DNA of 64,000 bases, taken from Trichoplax adhaerens (lineage: Eukaryota > Animalia > Placozoa). Positions 22,085 through 35,200 of this stretch are shown here, one piece after another. The stretch lies in contig NW_002060948.1 of assembly GCF_000150275.1 (NCBI RefSeq), positions 3,051,183 through 3,115,182 of the forward strand. The letters run 5' to 3'. The translations under genes were made by a program, and so were the position numbers. The notes under the pieces were generated by a model, which was not told where the DNA came from, made no database searches, and worked only from the letters and a program-made list of their open reading frames with translations. Each line of letters starts with the position of its first letter. Position 1 is the stretch's first letter.

Positions 22085-23120
22085 TGTATATTATGTCAGG
22101 AACTCCAGACTGTGTATTGTCAGTGTTGTAGTCACTTGAAGTAGAGAATTGGCATCTTACAGTAATTCCAAGGTGTAATATTTGCACTATAGCACGAGAA
22201 AATCATTTTCTAGCTCATGCACAGTACCCATGGAATTTCTAACAAGTCCCAGACTGAGCGATCATATTCGTACTGTAATACTGTATGAGGAAATCAACCT
22301 TGACAGAGAAGTAAGCGCACTTAAAGTAGAAAATTGGCATCTTACTACACAATTCCAATGTCTAATGTTTGCACTATAGCTTGAGGAAATCATTTTCTAC
22401 CTTATGTACAGTACCCATAGAAATATCAGAAATACTCCGGGAATTTCTAGAAAGTCCCTGACTGTGTACGGTCATATCCGCCCTGTAATACTGTATGAGG
22501 AAATAAAAAGTTGACTGAGAAGTAAGCGCCCTTGAAGTAGAAAATTGACATCTTACTACTTACTACTCAATTCCAATGTGTAGTATTTGCACTATAGCAA
22601 GAGGAAATAAATTATTTCCTAACTTAAGTACAGTACGGTACCCATAGAGATTAAAAAAAATACTTATTTTAAATCCCATATCTATATGCAGACTTCTAAG
22701 AAGTCACAGTCAGGGGATCTAGACGGCGCAATGCTCTTAAAATTTCAACCCGTAATATTTGCCCTGTAATATGAGGTAATAAAAGTTAACTGAAAAGTAA
22801 GTGCATCTGAAGTAGAAAATTGGCATCCTACACAATTCCTATGTGTAACAATTACACTATAGCATGAAGAAATCATTTTATAGCTTATGTACAGTACCCA
22901 TGGGACTTCTAAGAAGTCCCTGACAGTGTACAGTCTGTCAGGGAATTTAAGCGGTGCCGTGCTCTTAATATTCCAACGCGTAATATTCCTACCGTAATAT
23001 GAGGAAATAAAAGTTAACTGAAGAGTAAGCGCACTTGAAGTAGGAAACTGACATTTTACACAATTCCAATAAGCAATATTTGCACTATGGCATGAAGGAA
23101 ATCATTTTCTAGATTATGTA
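22085..23120. repeat. Degenerate tandem array, ~185-275 bp unit, 5 copies
   Basis: Core CACTTGAAGTAGAAAATTGGCATCTTAC..CAATTCCAA..TTTGCACTATAGC..GGAAATCATTTTCTA..ATGTACAGTACCCAT at ~22133, 22318, 22528, 22803 and 23032, with variable linkers ending CTGTAAT..ATGAGGAAATAAAAGTT. Confidence 0.92.
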
Positions 23121-25360
23121 TATTGTATCATTGATTATATCTGTTCTCAAGACAATCAATTGTAGACACGCGCTACAAGAATAGTGCTCAGTAGCGCTTT
23201 AATCTTATAGCCGTGAGCAATTTAATTACATGAGATCAGTAGGCATGAAATATACGGTAGGTTTGAAATTTTTCTCTTGTGATACGAATCTATTGATACT
23301 AGAAGTACAGCGTAAGAAACACTGTAAAAATCTATGCAGATTGTAAGATCGGATATTACCGTTGATCCTATGTTTCTATTATATATTATCGCTCTTTCGC
23401 GTTTATAATTCTCTCCTGCTGTGCTTTCTGTGTTATGAAAGCAATTCTTAAGCATTTCATCGTATTAGTTAGTTACACTGATTGCACGATAAGCTTTCAC
23501 GCTTTACCTATTCCACTGTAGTTTAGCTACTCGATCGATCATATCGCTTATCTACGCTGTAATATTACAGGGTTTCCCTTAAAACCCAACTGTGATAAAG
23601 ATCACTGTTCTTTCCCTTCATCCTTCATAAACTCTTGCTGTTATGGCTAACTGACAATCATCCGAAACAACACATTACTAATAATTGATGAATTAATTTA
23701 AAACATTAATTTACTATTCACTAAGATCATTTACCTTTCAACATTGCAGACTCCAGTAACAATCAAAGTAGACATCAACAATCACTCTACCCAGGTATTG
23801 ACGGTGAGCAAATACCGTGAAACATGATATGATACAGCAGACGAGCTCCAAAGCCCTAAATTCAATAGTAACCTAACGGTTTGGAATTTTCTTACCAGTC
23901 CCTGGCTAGACTAATAATAATAAATTGAATCTCCGTAAAATCACAAAGACTCGACAATAATTAATCCCATTACAGAGATTCCAAGTATCTGAAATCTAGT
24001 ATTAATAGCTTCGTCAAAATATTAATATACAGTACAAGAAGAATTTTTGAGATAGACTTAAAATAAACAAATCATGGTCATTACACATTTGAACTTTGGA
24101 CTGTCAATATGCCAGTCGGTAATGCTCAAAGCATGATAGTAAAAGTCTACAATTAAGTACACATTTAAACCGAGACTTGCAGAATTTGATAAATATTGAA
24201 GTATTATTCTCTTACAATACGTGCAGCAGGTACCTATTGTAAAATTGTATCATTTATTATCCAATTACTTCCGGCTATCTTGTTTATTCTACTATATAGG
24301 CGCGTTATGACAAAAATACACACTTCTGGCAGAATCGTTAAGTAAGAATGCAATATTTTGTTATGCAGGCATAAGAATACTGCAGACGTTAACAGCAGTA
24401 GTACTGTATAAGGTTAATTTTCAATAAGGGAATTTGATAGACTTTACAATACTGAAACTGGATAATTGTTATATCTATGCGTATTGTCTTTGAGAAAATA
24501 TTGCAGCAAAAATGACTATTACAGTCGCCCATACAAATACCTATTGCATCTTAAGTATTACATTGTATTAACCGATTTTGTAGAATTATTGTATAATGTC
24601 TAATACAATCTACTACATATGTCGTCCTGTATGTCTAATTAGAAAGTAATGCACTAAATACAATGACTATAGAAATGTGAACTCTTTCGCAAACAACTCG
24701 CTCATATTGGATGAAGAATAAGCAGAACAAGTATACGCGTTGAACATGATTTATATAAAGACCAGATTCAAGTCGAGAACAATTTTAATATTCTTTATTA
24801 AAGTACGATTAATTAATTAAAATATCTATGGTTATTTTCCAATCTGCAATGGCTGTTATTTGCATTAATGGTAATTCATTGATTTAGCAGATCAAATGAA
24901 AATTTAATATTTTCGCCATAGCCTCCAAGTTCCAGGATTAAGAAAGTAAAACATAACATGGAATAACATAAAGAGTAAAACGCCTTACGTTAGGAATATC
25001 GCCTTTATCTTCCCAACGTCGTATGGAATAGCATTTAGTAGCTATCTACAATCGTTTTTTCTTATGTAAATAGTGACATCATTAATTTAAATAATATGAA
25101 ATGATAGAAATAACTGCAAAATAAAGTTGATGCTTGCTATCATAGTTACTATTTCAAAAAACCAATAAAAAAGCGTTTGATACAGGCATATTAATCATAA
25201 TGTGTCAATTAACTTTCAATGACTTGTTAAAAAGGCATTGAAAGAGTAACATAAACAATATCTGAAAACCAACGTACATCATCATCAAATAAATTCGACA
25301 ATTAACCCTTTCGATTTGTTGGTATATCATTGGAAATGAAAACAGCTCGTCCTATATGTG

Positions 25361-25458
25361 TATAGATATAGATATACAGTATATTGATAGATATAGATAT
25401 AGATATAGATATAGATATAGATAGAGATATAGATATAGATATTAATATTGATATATAC
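25361..25458. repeat. (GATATA)n hexanucleotide microsatellite
   Basis: TAGATATAGATATAGATA... read directly, about 750 bp downstream of the Dvl stop codon. Confidence 0.9.
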
Positions 25459-26200
25459 GCGTATGTTATAAATCGTAAAGTAACGAATTTTATAACACCA
25501 ATTAATTAATGATAATAGTTACAGCGAATTACTCCCTGATATTTCTAAATTTTACACAAATGTATTTCAAATGTTATCAGTCATCTTCAGTGTGATTGCT
25601 ACTTATTTTGACGAACAATTTCAAGAAGATGATAATTTATGCATACCTATCAAATGTTGTGCATATCATAGATAGGAATGCCGAGCATAGGTCTCAAAAA
25701 TTTTTGACAACTAAGTAGAAAAGGAAATTATTGAACAAAAAATTCGTATAAAAACGTTAGTTAAGTAACGCTATGCGTCAAACAATGAAATAAATATTCT
25801 TAAGATATCGAGTTTAAAGCACACAGAATAACCAGTTTGATTTCTACGAAAAAAATTGAAAATTTTAGTTAAAAGAGTAAATTAAGTAAAAATGATAAAT
25901 GGAATGAAAATGTAAAATATATTTAACAGAATTGAGAATGATAACAATATATAGACTTACGTATCTTAAAAAATCTACTGAGAATATAGAAAATTATAAT
26001 ACATGAATTGCATTCTTGATAACCCACATATACGCGTATCTTTCAACAGATATTAACTGAGGAATGATAGTTTAAATTGCGACATATTAATGAGATAATA
26101 TTGCTGATTATCATCTTGTATTATATTCAAAGTAAGAACCTTTATGAAAATTTTGTAATAACCGTTAAAAAATTCATCAATAACTGACAGGTATTAAAGT

Positions 26201-29200
26201 TTAACTTCTGCCTTTCGATTTGATACTTGTTTTATCAAGGCTATCCACGCTATTCCTACACGAAGATGAATTCTTTATTTCTGCGCCTTGATTCATCTGT
26301 GCAAGTGCGGCTAGAGAACTAGCAGAAATGCCATTTGGACGATGAGGGGTTGTCGAACCGGAAAATGTCGTTTCTTTAGATTGCGCCCTAACCTTTCCTA
26401 CCGTCAGCGAGTTTGTACCGGTACCATTTCTAGCGTGTGGCGATGAATGGTTGGAATCATTACTTTTCCTACTTTGATTTAAGCTAGCATTTGAAACTGA
26501 CTGCTTCATTTTCTCAGGAGCAGGTACTGAATTTCCAAGTTTGGTTTTTAATGCTGCAGTATGATTTCCTCTAGATTCATAATTTCTAGATAAATTGCTG
26601 GAACCTTTGCTAGACATTTCAAAGTCGTCTTTACTACTTCTATTGGGAGAACTGTAATTGGAGGAACCACTTTTACCTTTATAACTGCTATTGCCAAAAT
26701 CATTCGAAATGTCTGCATGTTGTCCGTACGATCTTCCGGTTCCTTTGCTACTGTCTCTGTTAGAACCCTTGCTACATGTAGCTGAAATACTTTCGAATTT
26801 ATCAACTCGTGCGGCATTACTTGACTCCTTGCCACTTGCTTTCCATCGCCCATCCTTGCCACTACCGTGCGATCCTCTGCTTGATTTACTAGCACTGCTA
26901 ACACTTTGTTTTGAACTACCCTTTAAGTTATTTGCAGAACTAGACTTAGGATGAGGTATACTAGGTATTGATGTCGTGTCACTATAGGATGTTGCCGAAG
27001 TATAGCTTCCGTAGCCTTGTGATGCATGGTTCTTCTTTTGCCTTTGGTTTGCATTAGAGGGTCCATTCAGTTGCCTATTTGAATGTCCACTTGATCCGGA
27101 TTTATTGCTACTACTATCTCTCGAAGTGATTCTAGCGGACTGATTAACTGAATATTACCGTATTAAAATAATAAATTAGTATATACTACTCATACGTGGC
27201 AAACGGTAAATATTTTTATATAGGCTTACAATTAGTAGCATCTCCAAAGATATAACAGCATTGTTCAGAAAAAGAAGTTTTCTTAACTGTATGACGTATG
27301 TATCCGTTCTGTTAATAGCAGCAAAATGAAATCAGTTAGAGACGGTTGTCAAATAAATGTTAACATTACTAACATACTCATTGCAATAATAATTTATAAT
27401 CGACATACCTTTAACATATTATCAGCAAATTTTTTGACTTGATGACGATCAGTAAATCCTTCAACATTAGTATATAACCAATCTACAAGATCGACACCTA
27501 TAGGAATATACAGGAGTAGATTTTAAATAAGGCCCATTCTAATTCATACAACAACAAAGTTATATTTTATACATGTACCGTACCTAGAAATGATTGAGGT
27601 ACTGTTATTTTTAGCCATGTTCTATCACGTATATCTAGGCCAGAGTTTTCAGCCATCATAGACCTTATTATTAATCCTGGTTCACTATTAGTTGTCAAAT
27701 TTGGTTCATTTTCCTGGATAGTCGACTCTATTTGATAGTACGCACAATGCATACATTAAATCGTTTAAGACTTAGCGTACTATAACATCACAAAACGATC
27801 ACTTGTTTACATCTAAACTTACGATCAGATCCTACGACTGTTGTAACTTCGGCCGAACTAGTTGCATTTGAGGTTAATGTACTTAAGCCAGAAGTAGCAG
27901 GGGGTGAGATTGATGATGGTGGCACATCTATTCCTACGTTTATAACACAAATTGAAATTCACTTATAATTCATAAATAACACCAACATATTTTAAGACGA
28001 AGTCGTTGCTGGAATTTATTTGTTTTTTACCAATTAAAGCATTTGTTTGCTTAACCCATTCAGAGGGATCTATTGGTCGAATTGGCTCTCCTAAATGGTT
28101 TATAATTGAATGATCGCAATTAATATTATGTAAGCCACTCTATATAAGCCATACTGTACTGTTATTTATTAACAATATTTGTATTCGCGTCTTAAGATCT
28201 CATTACAACCTGATGGCGGTTGGAAATTTGAGGTTTCTTGAGCACTCCATACTTTAGCCACAATCAATTTAATATTTCTAAAGATAAACCATATAAAACG
28301 ATTAGATAATTATGATAGACATATATGTACCGTTAACCAATGGTATAGCTGAAATTGAAATGCAATTACTTTTCTCTTTTAACAACATCACGAAGGGCTT
28401 GTACAGCTTGTTCGTTATTCATTTGGTCAAAGCTGACATCATTAACCTTAATTAAATGAATTTCAGGTTAACCTTTTCGTTTAATTCCCTTTAGTTTAAA
28501 TTAAATATAAAGGCTTACTTGAAGAATTAAATCGCCTGGTTCAATTCTACCATCTGACGCGACAGCCCCGCTGAATAAGTGAATAAAATTATTGAAAAGA
28601 TGAGCATGAATATAAGTCTTCATTTTTGGCGACATTTAATATCTGCTATATTTCATTGCTTACTTTTTCATAATTGAGCCAACATATATGCCATGATCAC
28701 CGCTTGCACTACCAGTACCAACTATACTAATTCCAAGAAAATTGATAGTTTCTGCAAATAAAATGTAAGTCAAGATCAACACTTAAGCTAGATGACTCAG
28801 AATCACTTTTATGATGCTCATATTTTAATTGTTTATAGCTGAGCCTCAGCTACTTAGATTATATCATACCTAAATTTAATTCAACAGTAATTACTTCCGT
28901 AGACAATGTAGATTCCGTAATGCTACTATAAGAATCAGCCTAAAGAAAAAGATTTACAATAATTTCTATTACTCGTTCCATCTAAAATAGTACCGTTAGT
29001 TTTTTAACCTGATCCATAAAGAAAGGTAACCCGTAACAAATAAGTGCAATAATTTATTAACGTTATGCTCTTCAGTAGACCATTAAATAATCAAAACTAT
29101 ATAATCACTTACCCAACTATAGCTTAAACTGGGTTGAAATGGCTTTCTCTTTGGTGGGAGCTTTCTCCTAGGATAGAATGAACTTTCTTCGGTTCCAGTA

Positions 29201-32200
29201 GTAAAGCTAGAACAAAAGAATAACAACAAACCGTATTAGTAACTTCAAAAACGAGACGTTTTTCGATAGTCCAAAAGGTACGTAGCAATATTAGCAACGA
29301 CAACTTAATTCTATACCACAATAATTTTGATAAGGAGATTGGCGCACACATAAAAATAGATATTACGATTGCTCGACATTAATAAGAAATATGCATAATC
29401 CTTATAGTTATTTTTATCACCAAAAATTTGAAAGTTAGCATATAAGGTGCTATATTAAGAGCCAATAAAAAGCAGAACATAAACAACTTGAAGTATTGTA
29501 GTATTAGAAATTGTGAACCATCTATGCATAAGTATATTAGTAACATATCCTTCTAAACTCATTTCTGTCAAGATTATTGTATAGCCAGCTAATTTTAGTA
29601 AAAAATCCTTACCCTTCCGATTCATAATGACTATAACTAGTTGTATCCATTTCGCTGCTAAAGAAAGAAGTTCCGTCATCTGTATATTGATGGTCACGAT
29701 ATTTTGGTGAAAGGTAACGGCCTCTATCTGTCGAATCTAAAAGTAGCAAAATATTGCAATGAAGATGGATCAGAATGAATTCGGTAAAATTGGCCCAATA
29801 ATGGACTCAAACAAGATAAATCTTTATTAAGAGTTGCTACGAAGCCTGTAGTATGTGTATTTTATAGGGAATCTAATTTTCTCTTACGCTTATTTAATTT
29901 TACATTACTACAGAATAGTACTGTATTGTCACTATCCAGTACTATAACTATATCTAAGGATATTCTATTGTATTCAATATAAGGTGAAGTGATCTTTTCA
30001 ACTTTGATGTGAGGGAACGAATAGAGCTTCAACTAGGTCACTATATCGACATTTTGTGTGAGCTTTCATCTCAATAAACTTCATTATTTTAAACTTATTT
30101 ACCATATTTATTTCTGTTACGATCAGAAAAATGGCTGCGAACACTTGGCCCTAGTAAAAGAATTGAAATACAATTAATCAGTTTGTAATGAATAAGTAGT
30201 TCTTATACAGAATTGTTCATGAAATTTCAAAAGAAAAAAACAACAAAAATCACTTAAAGTATAAAAGATTTGTATTTAAAATCAACTATGAATACTAAGA
30301 AATATTTACTATTTTAAATTAAGAAGTATAATGGTATTGCTTAAAATTAGCTGATGTCACGCAAGATCAATCTAATTTGAGATTACGTAGCAAATGATAT
30401 ATAGAAATTTTACGATAATATACCTAGTCGCCTTGAGCTAGCGGAAGAGCCTGACTCAAATTCCCTTCAAAAGAAAAAAAAGGAAAAGTTCATAAGCGTT
30501 ATTATTACCGTAATCTAATGTCAAATCAATCAACATGAAGTCGTTAATTAATAATAAATTAAGATAAAGATGCTAGAGTTTAATTCAGTTCGTGTAATAA
30601 ACAGACCACAGTTGCTATGACAAGCGAAGAAAATTATAAATTATCATTACAATTATCCTGAAATTTATAGTTTGTCATTGTTATTGCAAGTCCTGTTTAA
30701 TATTGGTGGGGAAAGTAATAAAAATTCCTACCAATACTTTGATCATTTATATTACACTTACAATAACATCAATATCGACTGGTGGTATGATATAAAATCT
30801 ATCTATTTCTTTTCAAGTATCATGCTTACAGTTAAGTAATCAAATATTTTGGTTTACCTAGTGGATTCGTTAGCAGCTGCACGATTTGTTGAAGATGGTG
30901 TTGGACGCTGCTGCGTTTGATTACTAATGCTGTCATTTTTACGACCATTACTGGTATTGCTTCTATTTTCCATATTGGAAGCTATAGAATTAGCAACAGA
31001 TTTACTGTTGGAAACAGTGGAAGAAGTCTCACCATTGGCATCAGTTGATACCTAGTTAAAAATAATAATATCAATATCGTTAAAAATTTTTTTTAACTAC
31101 TAAATAAAGTTTGCAGAACAATGATTAATAATAATCCATTAGAGTTATTGTTCGTAATGGTTGAATCAATACAAAGGAATAGAAATATTTTTGTATGCGT
31201 GTTAACGTTGCTTTTAATGTAGTTAATATTAAAGTAGTGCAAGCAGTTGGCAATCTTTAACAATTATAACTTATGATTACTGTTTTGTACTAATATTAAA
31301 ATTATGGGTAATTTATGTGTAAAAATTGGATCTTCTTAATTATACAACAGTAATAGTATTAGCAATAGTTGTACTAAAACTAACTCATAATCGAGCTAAA
31401 ACAGATATAACCTACTTCTGTATCCTAACCTTGAAATAGTATTAATTGAAAATGATATGACGAAGTCAACGTCATTATTATTTGTACTGCACAAGCACCA
31501 GTAAAATTTTAATATTAAAATAAAATGCATCGTTCTCGTGAGCATAACTAATGTATAGCAATTATGTGTCCAGTTTAGCTAGTTTTAATTCGTTATAACT
31601 CGGGGAAAATACTAGTTATTAATACAACACTAACGAAAATCAGTTGTTCTGCTAAGAGTTCGTTAGCATCAGGTAATAGAAAAGAAGGGAATTGATTGAA
31701 AACTAGACAATTTTGCGTAGTAACTATCGATTCCATTCAGATTGTATATCATTGTTATCTACCTTCTAAAAATAAAATCTGTTGTGATACAGTAAAGCTA
31801 TTGGAAATGGAAAAAAGTAAGAAAATACATCATACCCAAGCTTCTATTCGATCATTTGTAGCTGGTAACACAGCATCGTCTTCAGTTACTTCTTTCCTTA
31901 CAATCCTGAAAATAATAATGAAGGTAGAGAGATAAGAACATTTATAAGATCAATTAACGACACCTTTAAATTTCCAATTTAATATGTAAACATAACAACA
32001 TCGTCCTTTTGTCAATTAATCGGGAAATGCAATGCAAATACTATCAGAGAAATAGCACAAGCAAAGCCATAGCCAAAAGAAATGATTTTTCATTATTTTA
32101 TCCGGTGTACTGTGCAAAACAGGACTGACAATGAACTATGTTGTAAATGTATTACTACACAATCTACTGAGTGTTCTACAAATGATAACGGCAAAAGAGA

Positions 32201-35200
32201 CTGCCTTGATTCACAACGTGTACGTGCATACTATCAATTCTTTTTCTTATTAAAAAAGAGTTATTAACGATCAATATTCACTCTTTTATCAATAAACTAC
32301 TCTAATAATACTGATACGTATTTGAAATTGGAGAGATTGAATGAAGAGAGTGAGAGAAAAAAAATTAAAAAATAAAATAATAAATAACCGTGTAACTAGC
32401 AGCATATACCAAAAGGACTAGGACAGCTATTTTAGTTACCACAAAACTAACCGAGGGCCTTTTGTATCATAATGATAAAATAGCATAGTCACGTTGAACA
32501 TTGTTAACAAAACCGTACATAAAGAATAAATAATTTAATCAAAAGATCTAAAAATTAAGACTACCCAAAAATGACCGTTGTACTTGCACTTCATTTGGAG
32601 ATGGAAAAGTGAAATGTTACTATTGATTTTATCATATCATACTTTCTCGGACTAGAGAATAAATCCAGGGGGAAATCTACCAGGCCTTTTTTTTATCCTA
32701 CAGTATATCATTTAAGCAATCTATATGAATTGATGGAATGAATACTAGTAGACAATAGTTAAACAGCAATATGTAGATACACCTTTTTCAGGAATTAATG
32801 CGTTACGCTGACGATAATATAAGTAATGAAAATGTGGCAATCCAAATAGCCTAGACGATCAGTATCCCACTCATGACTAATAGTCAGCATTTATGTATGC
32901 TACATACTTGTATTTTTGACAGAATATTTTTCCTTTTACTTTTTTTGGGGGGGGGAAATCCAAATTACATTGTGTTTGCGTTTTATGGTTTACTTTGAGA
33001 TCTTGTTTAAGTCTGTTATAACACGTACTTGTTCGTGTAGGATTTTACTTTACATCGATAATTCATCATTGCTAGACTCGTGCTTCTTCAAAGTTTTAAC
33101 GAAGCAATCGTCACGACGATACAAGTTTTACTCCAAGGACAACGCGAGCTCATATCGAAAGGAATATCAAAAATCGTTTGCATGCCTTTCTCCCCCCCCC
33201 CCTGCGCTCCATAAAAGTGCAAGTAAAGAACTGAAATTGTTAGTCATTGATCGTTAATTCGATCCGAACAATTTACAAAATGGCGATTCAATTCAATAAT
33301 AAGTAGGAATGACAGATTTTAATTTCACACCAAACCAAGCAGCCATTTTATTGAATGAAATGGTACAATACTACAACGGCACAGAATGCAAGGGTTTGAT
33401 TAGAAATAGAAAGATTCTTTTTAAAAGGATAACATCATTAACAAAGTGAAACATCCTCGCAGGATATTGGAGTGGATGAGTTTAGTGAATGCGTTTATTA
33501 CGCGATGATGGATATTCAAAATAATATAAATTTTTAATTTTTTTTGGAGAATTGTGTTTTAATCCCCTTACGCGATGATGAATATTCAAAATAATGTAAA
33601 TTTTTAATTTTGGGGGAGAATTGTGTTTTAATCCCCTTACGCGATGATGAATATTCAAAATAATGTAAATTTTTAATTTTGGGGGAGAATTGTGTTTTAA
33701 TCCCCCTCCATCAATGCGACCGTAACATTGATTTTTTCTTGTTTTGCTGTAGACAATCATTTCGATCGTAATCCAAGTTCTACTGTACAACACAATATAA
33801 CAACCCACTCGCTATCGTATCGTACAGCAAGAGAGAACAAAGTTGAACAATTTGTGGTTGTTTTTTCCCATTATTTTACTGTCCATCTTGGACTCAAAGC
33901 TATTGCTCCAAGAGCATAGACATTGACTATGACCAACTTTGTTTCTAGTAATCCTAGGGAAATGAGTCATCACGACATGATGAAGCATTTCGGCGTCGTG
34001 AACTTCAACTCCCTCCTGTCTAGGTGTAAAATAGTCTAGTCTACGGTCTAGTCAGACAACTACTGTACTACCGGCGTCGTTGTACATATCAGTGAAGTAC
34101 TTGTCGTTTATTGTTTCCATCACCAACGTTATTTACCGTACATTGTACTGCATCATGTTGAAGTAGGTACTGTAAGTAGGTCACCATCAGTACTGTAGGC
34201 GTTATGTCCATAGGGTACCCGTCATGGTGTTGGCGTCGATACCTTTGCTTCATTCACTGGTCGACGTTGAAGCCCATTTGCCCTCAAGGCTTTCTCTACC
34301 GTTCCTTTTTCACTGTCACCATGACACGCTGTGCTGTTCCCTTCTCGTCCTCGACGATACGGACTGCACCGTACTGAGCTTGTGACGCGCCAATCATTCT
34401 CTAACCCTTTTTGCTTGACGGCTTGACAGTTTTTTTTACTGGATTCAACATTGGCTTGTTGTTTACTCAATCATCACTTAGTGTAGAGTATGTCGTTTAA
34501 CTGGCCAAAAAATGGCCAATCCATCCAAAATGGAAATAGAATTTATAGTGCTATATAGCTCTTGGTGATTGCTGGATAGGATGATTGGATATATAGTAGG
34601 TTAGTCACTACATGTACAGTACAGTACAGTACAATCGCTTTCCAATCGATAATCATCGCTCAGTGCACAGTACTGTATGTCGATGGACGGCCGAAACATG
34701 GCTAATCCATCCAAAATAGAAATATATTGCACTACGCTATATAGCACTTGGTGATATCTTGGACATAATGATTGGATATATAGTTAACGCACTGAACGTT
34801 AGTCACAACTTGTACTATCGCTTTCCAATCGACAATTGGAGAATGATAAAACACGAATGGACTAACTTGCCCAGCAGATAAATACGCGTATACAACCAGC
34901 TACGGTCAACATTCCCACGCATCCATCTTGCCAATGGATCGCTGTCACATTACCTAGAAGTGGCAACGTCGAACCAGTTGCTAAACTGGCGTTATATTTG
35001 TTAGACTATCGACGTGATGAAATGACTAGCACTAATTCATCGAATATATAGGATAAAAAAACCAACGATTGGCTATCTCGTCAATTGCTGTTAGAACTGA
35101 ACAATTTTAATCAATTATTCTTTTGTTGAATGGGATATGATCATCTAACACAGACTTTTTAAGAAGAATTTCAATTTGCTCGCGTATGAGTAGATTACTA

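Noticed and set aside
22085-23120. CRISPR-like appearance (conserved repeat with variable spacer)
   Set aside because: Cores are ~100 bp and degenerate, linkers are homologous to one another, the context is eukaryotic and there are no cas genes.
26100-26190. Out-of-frame 'DEFF' downstream of the Dvl stop, resembling the EFFVDVM ending
   Set aside because: The following residues do not match, the acceptor is weak and there is no suitable donor; likely chance in AT-rich DNA.
32941-33203. Poly-G and poly-C tracts as possible MITE terminal inverted repeats
   Set aside because: Complementarity is limited to the homopolymers and there is no target-site duplication.
33482-33808. 108-aa ORF with internal repeats
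   Set aside because: Translation of the 69-bp intronic tandem repeat.
34395-34525. CTAACCCT followed by T-rich and A-rich tracts, suggesting a telomerase RNA template and pseudoknot
   Set aside because: The template match is only 8 nt, I could not build a convincing P2b/P3 pseudoknot, and no H/ACA domain is evident.
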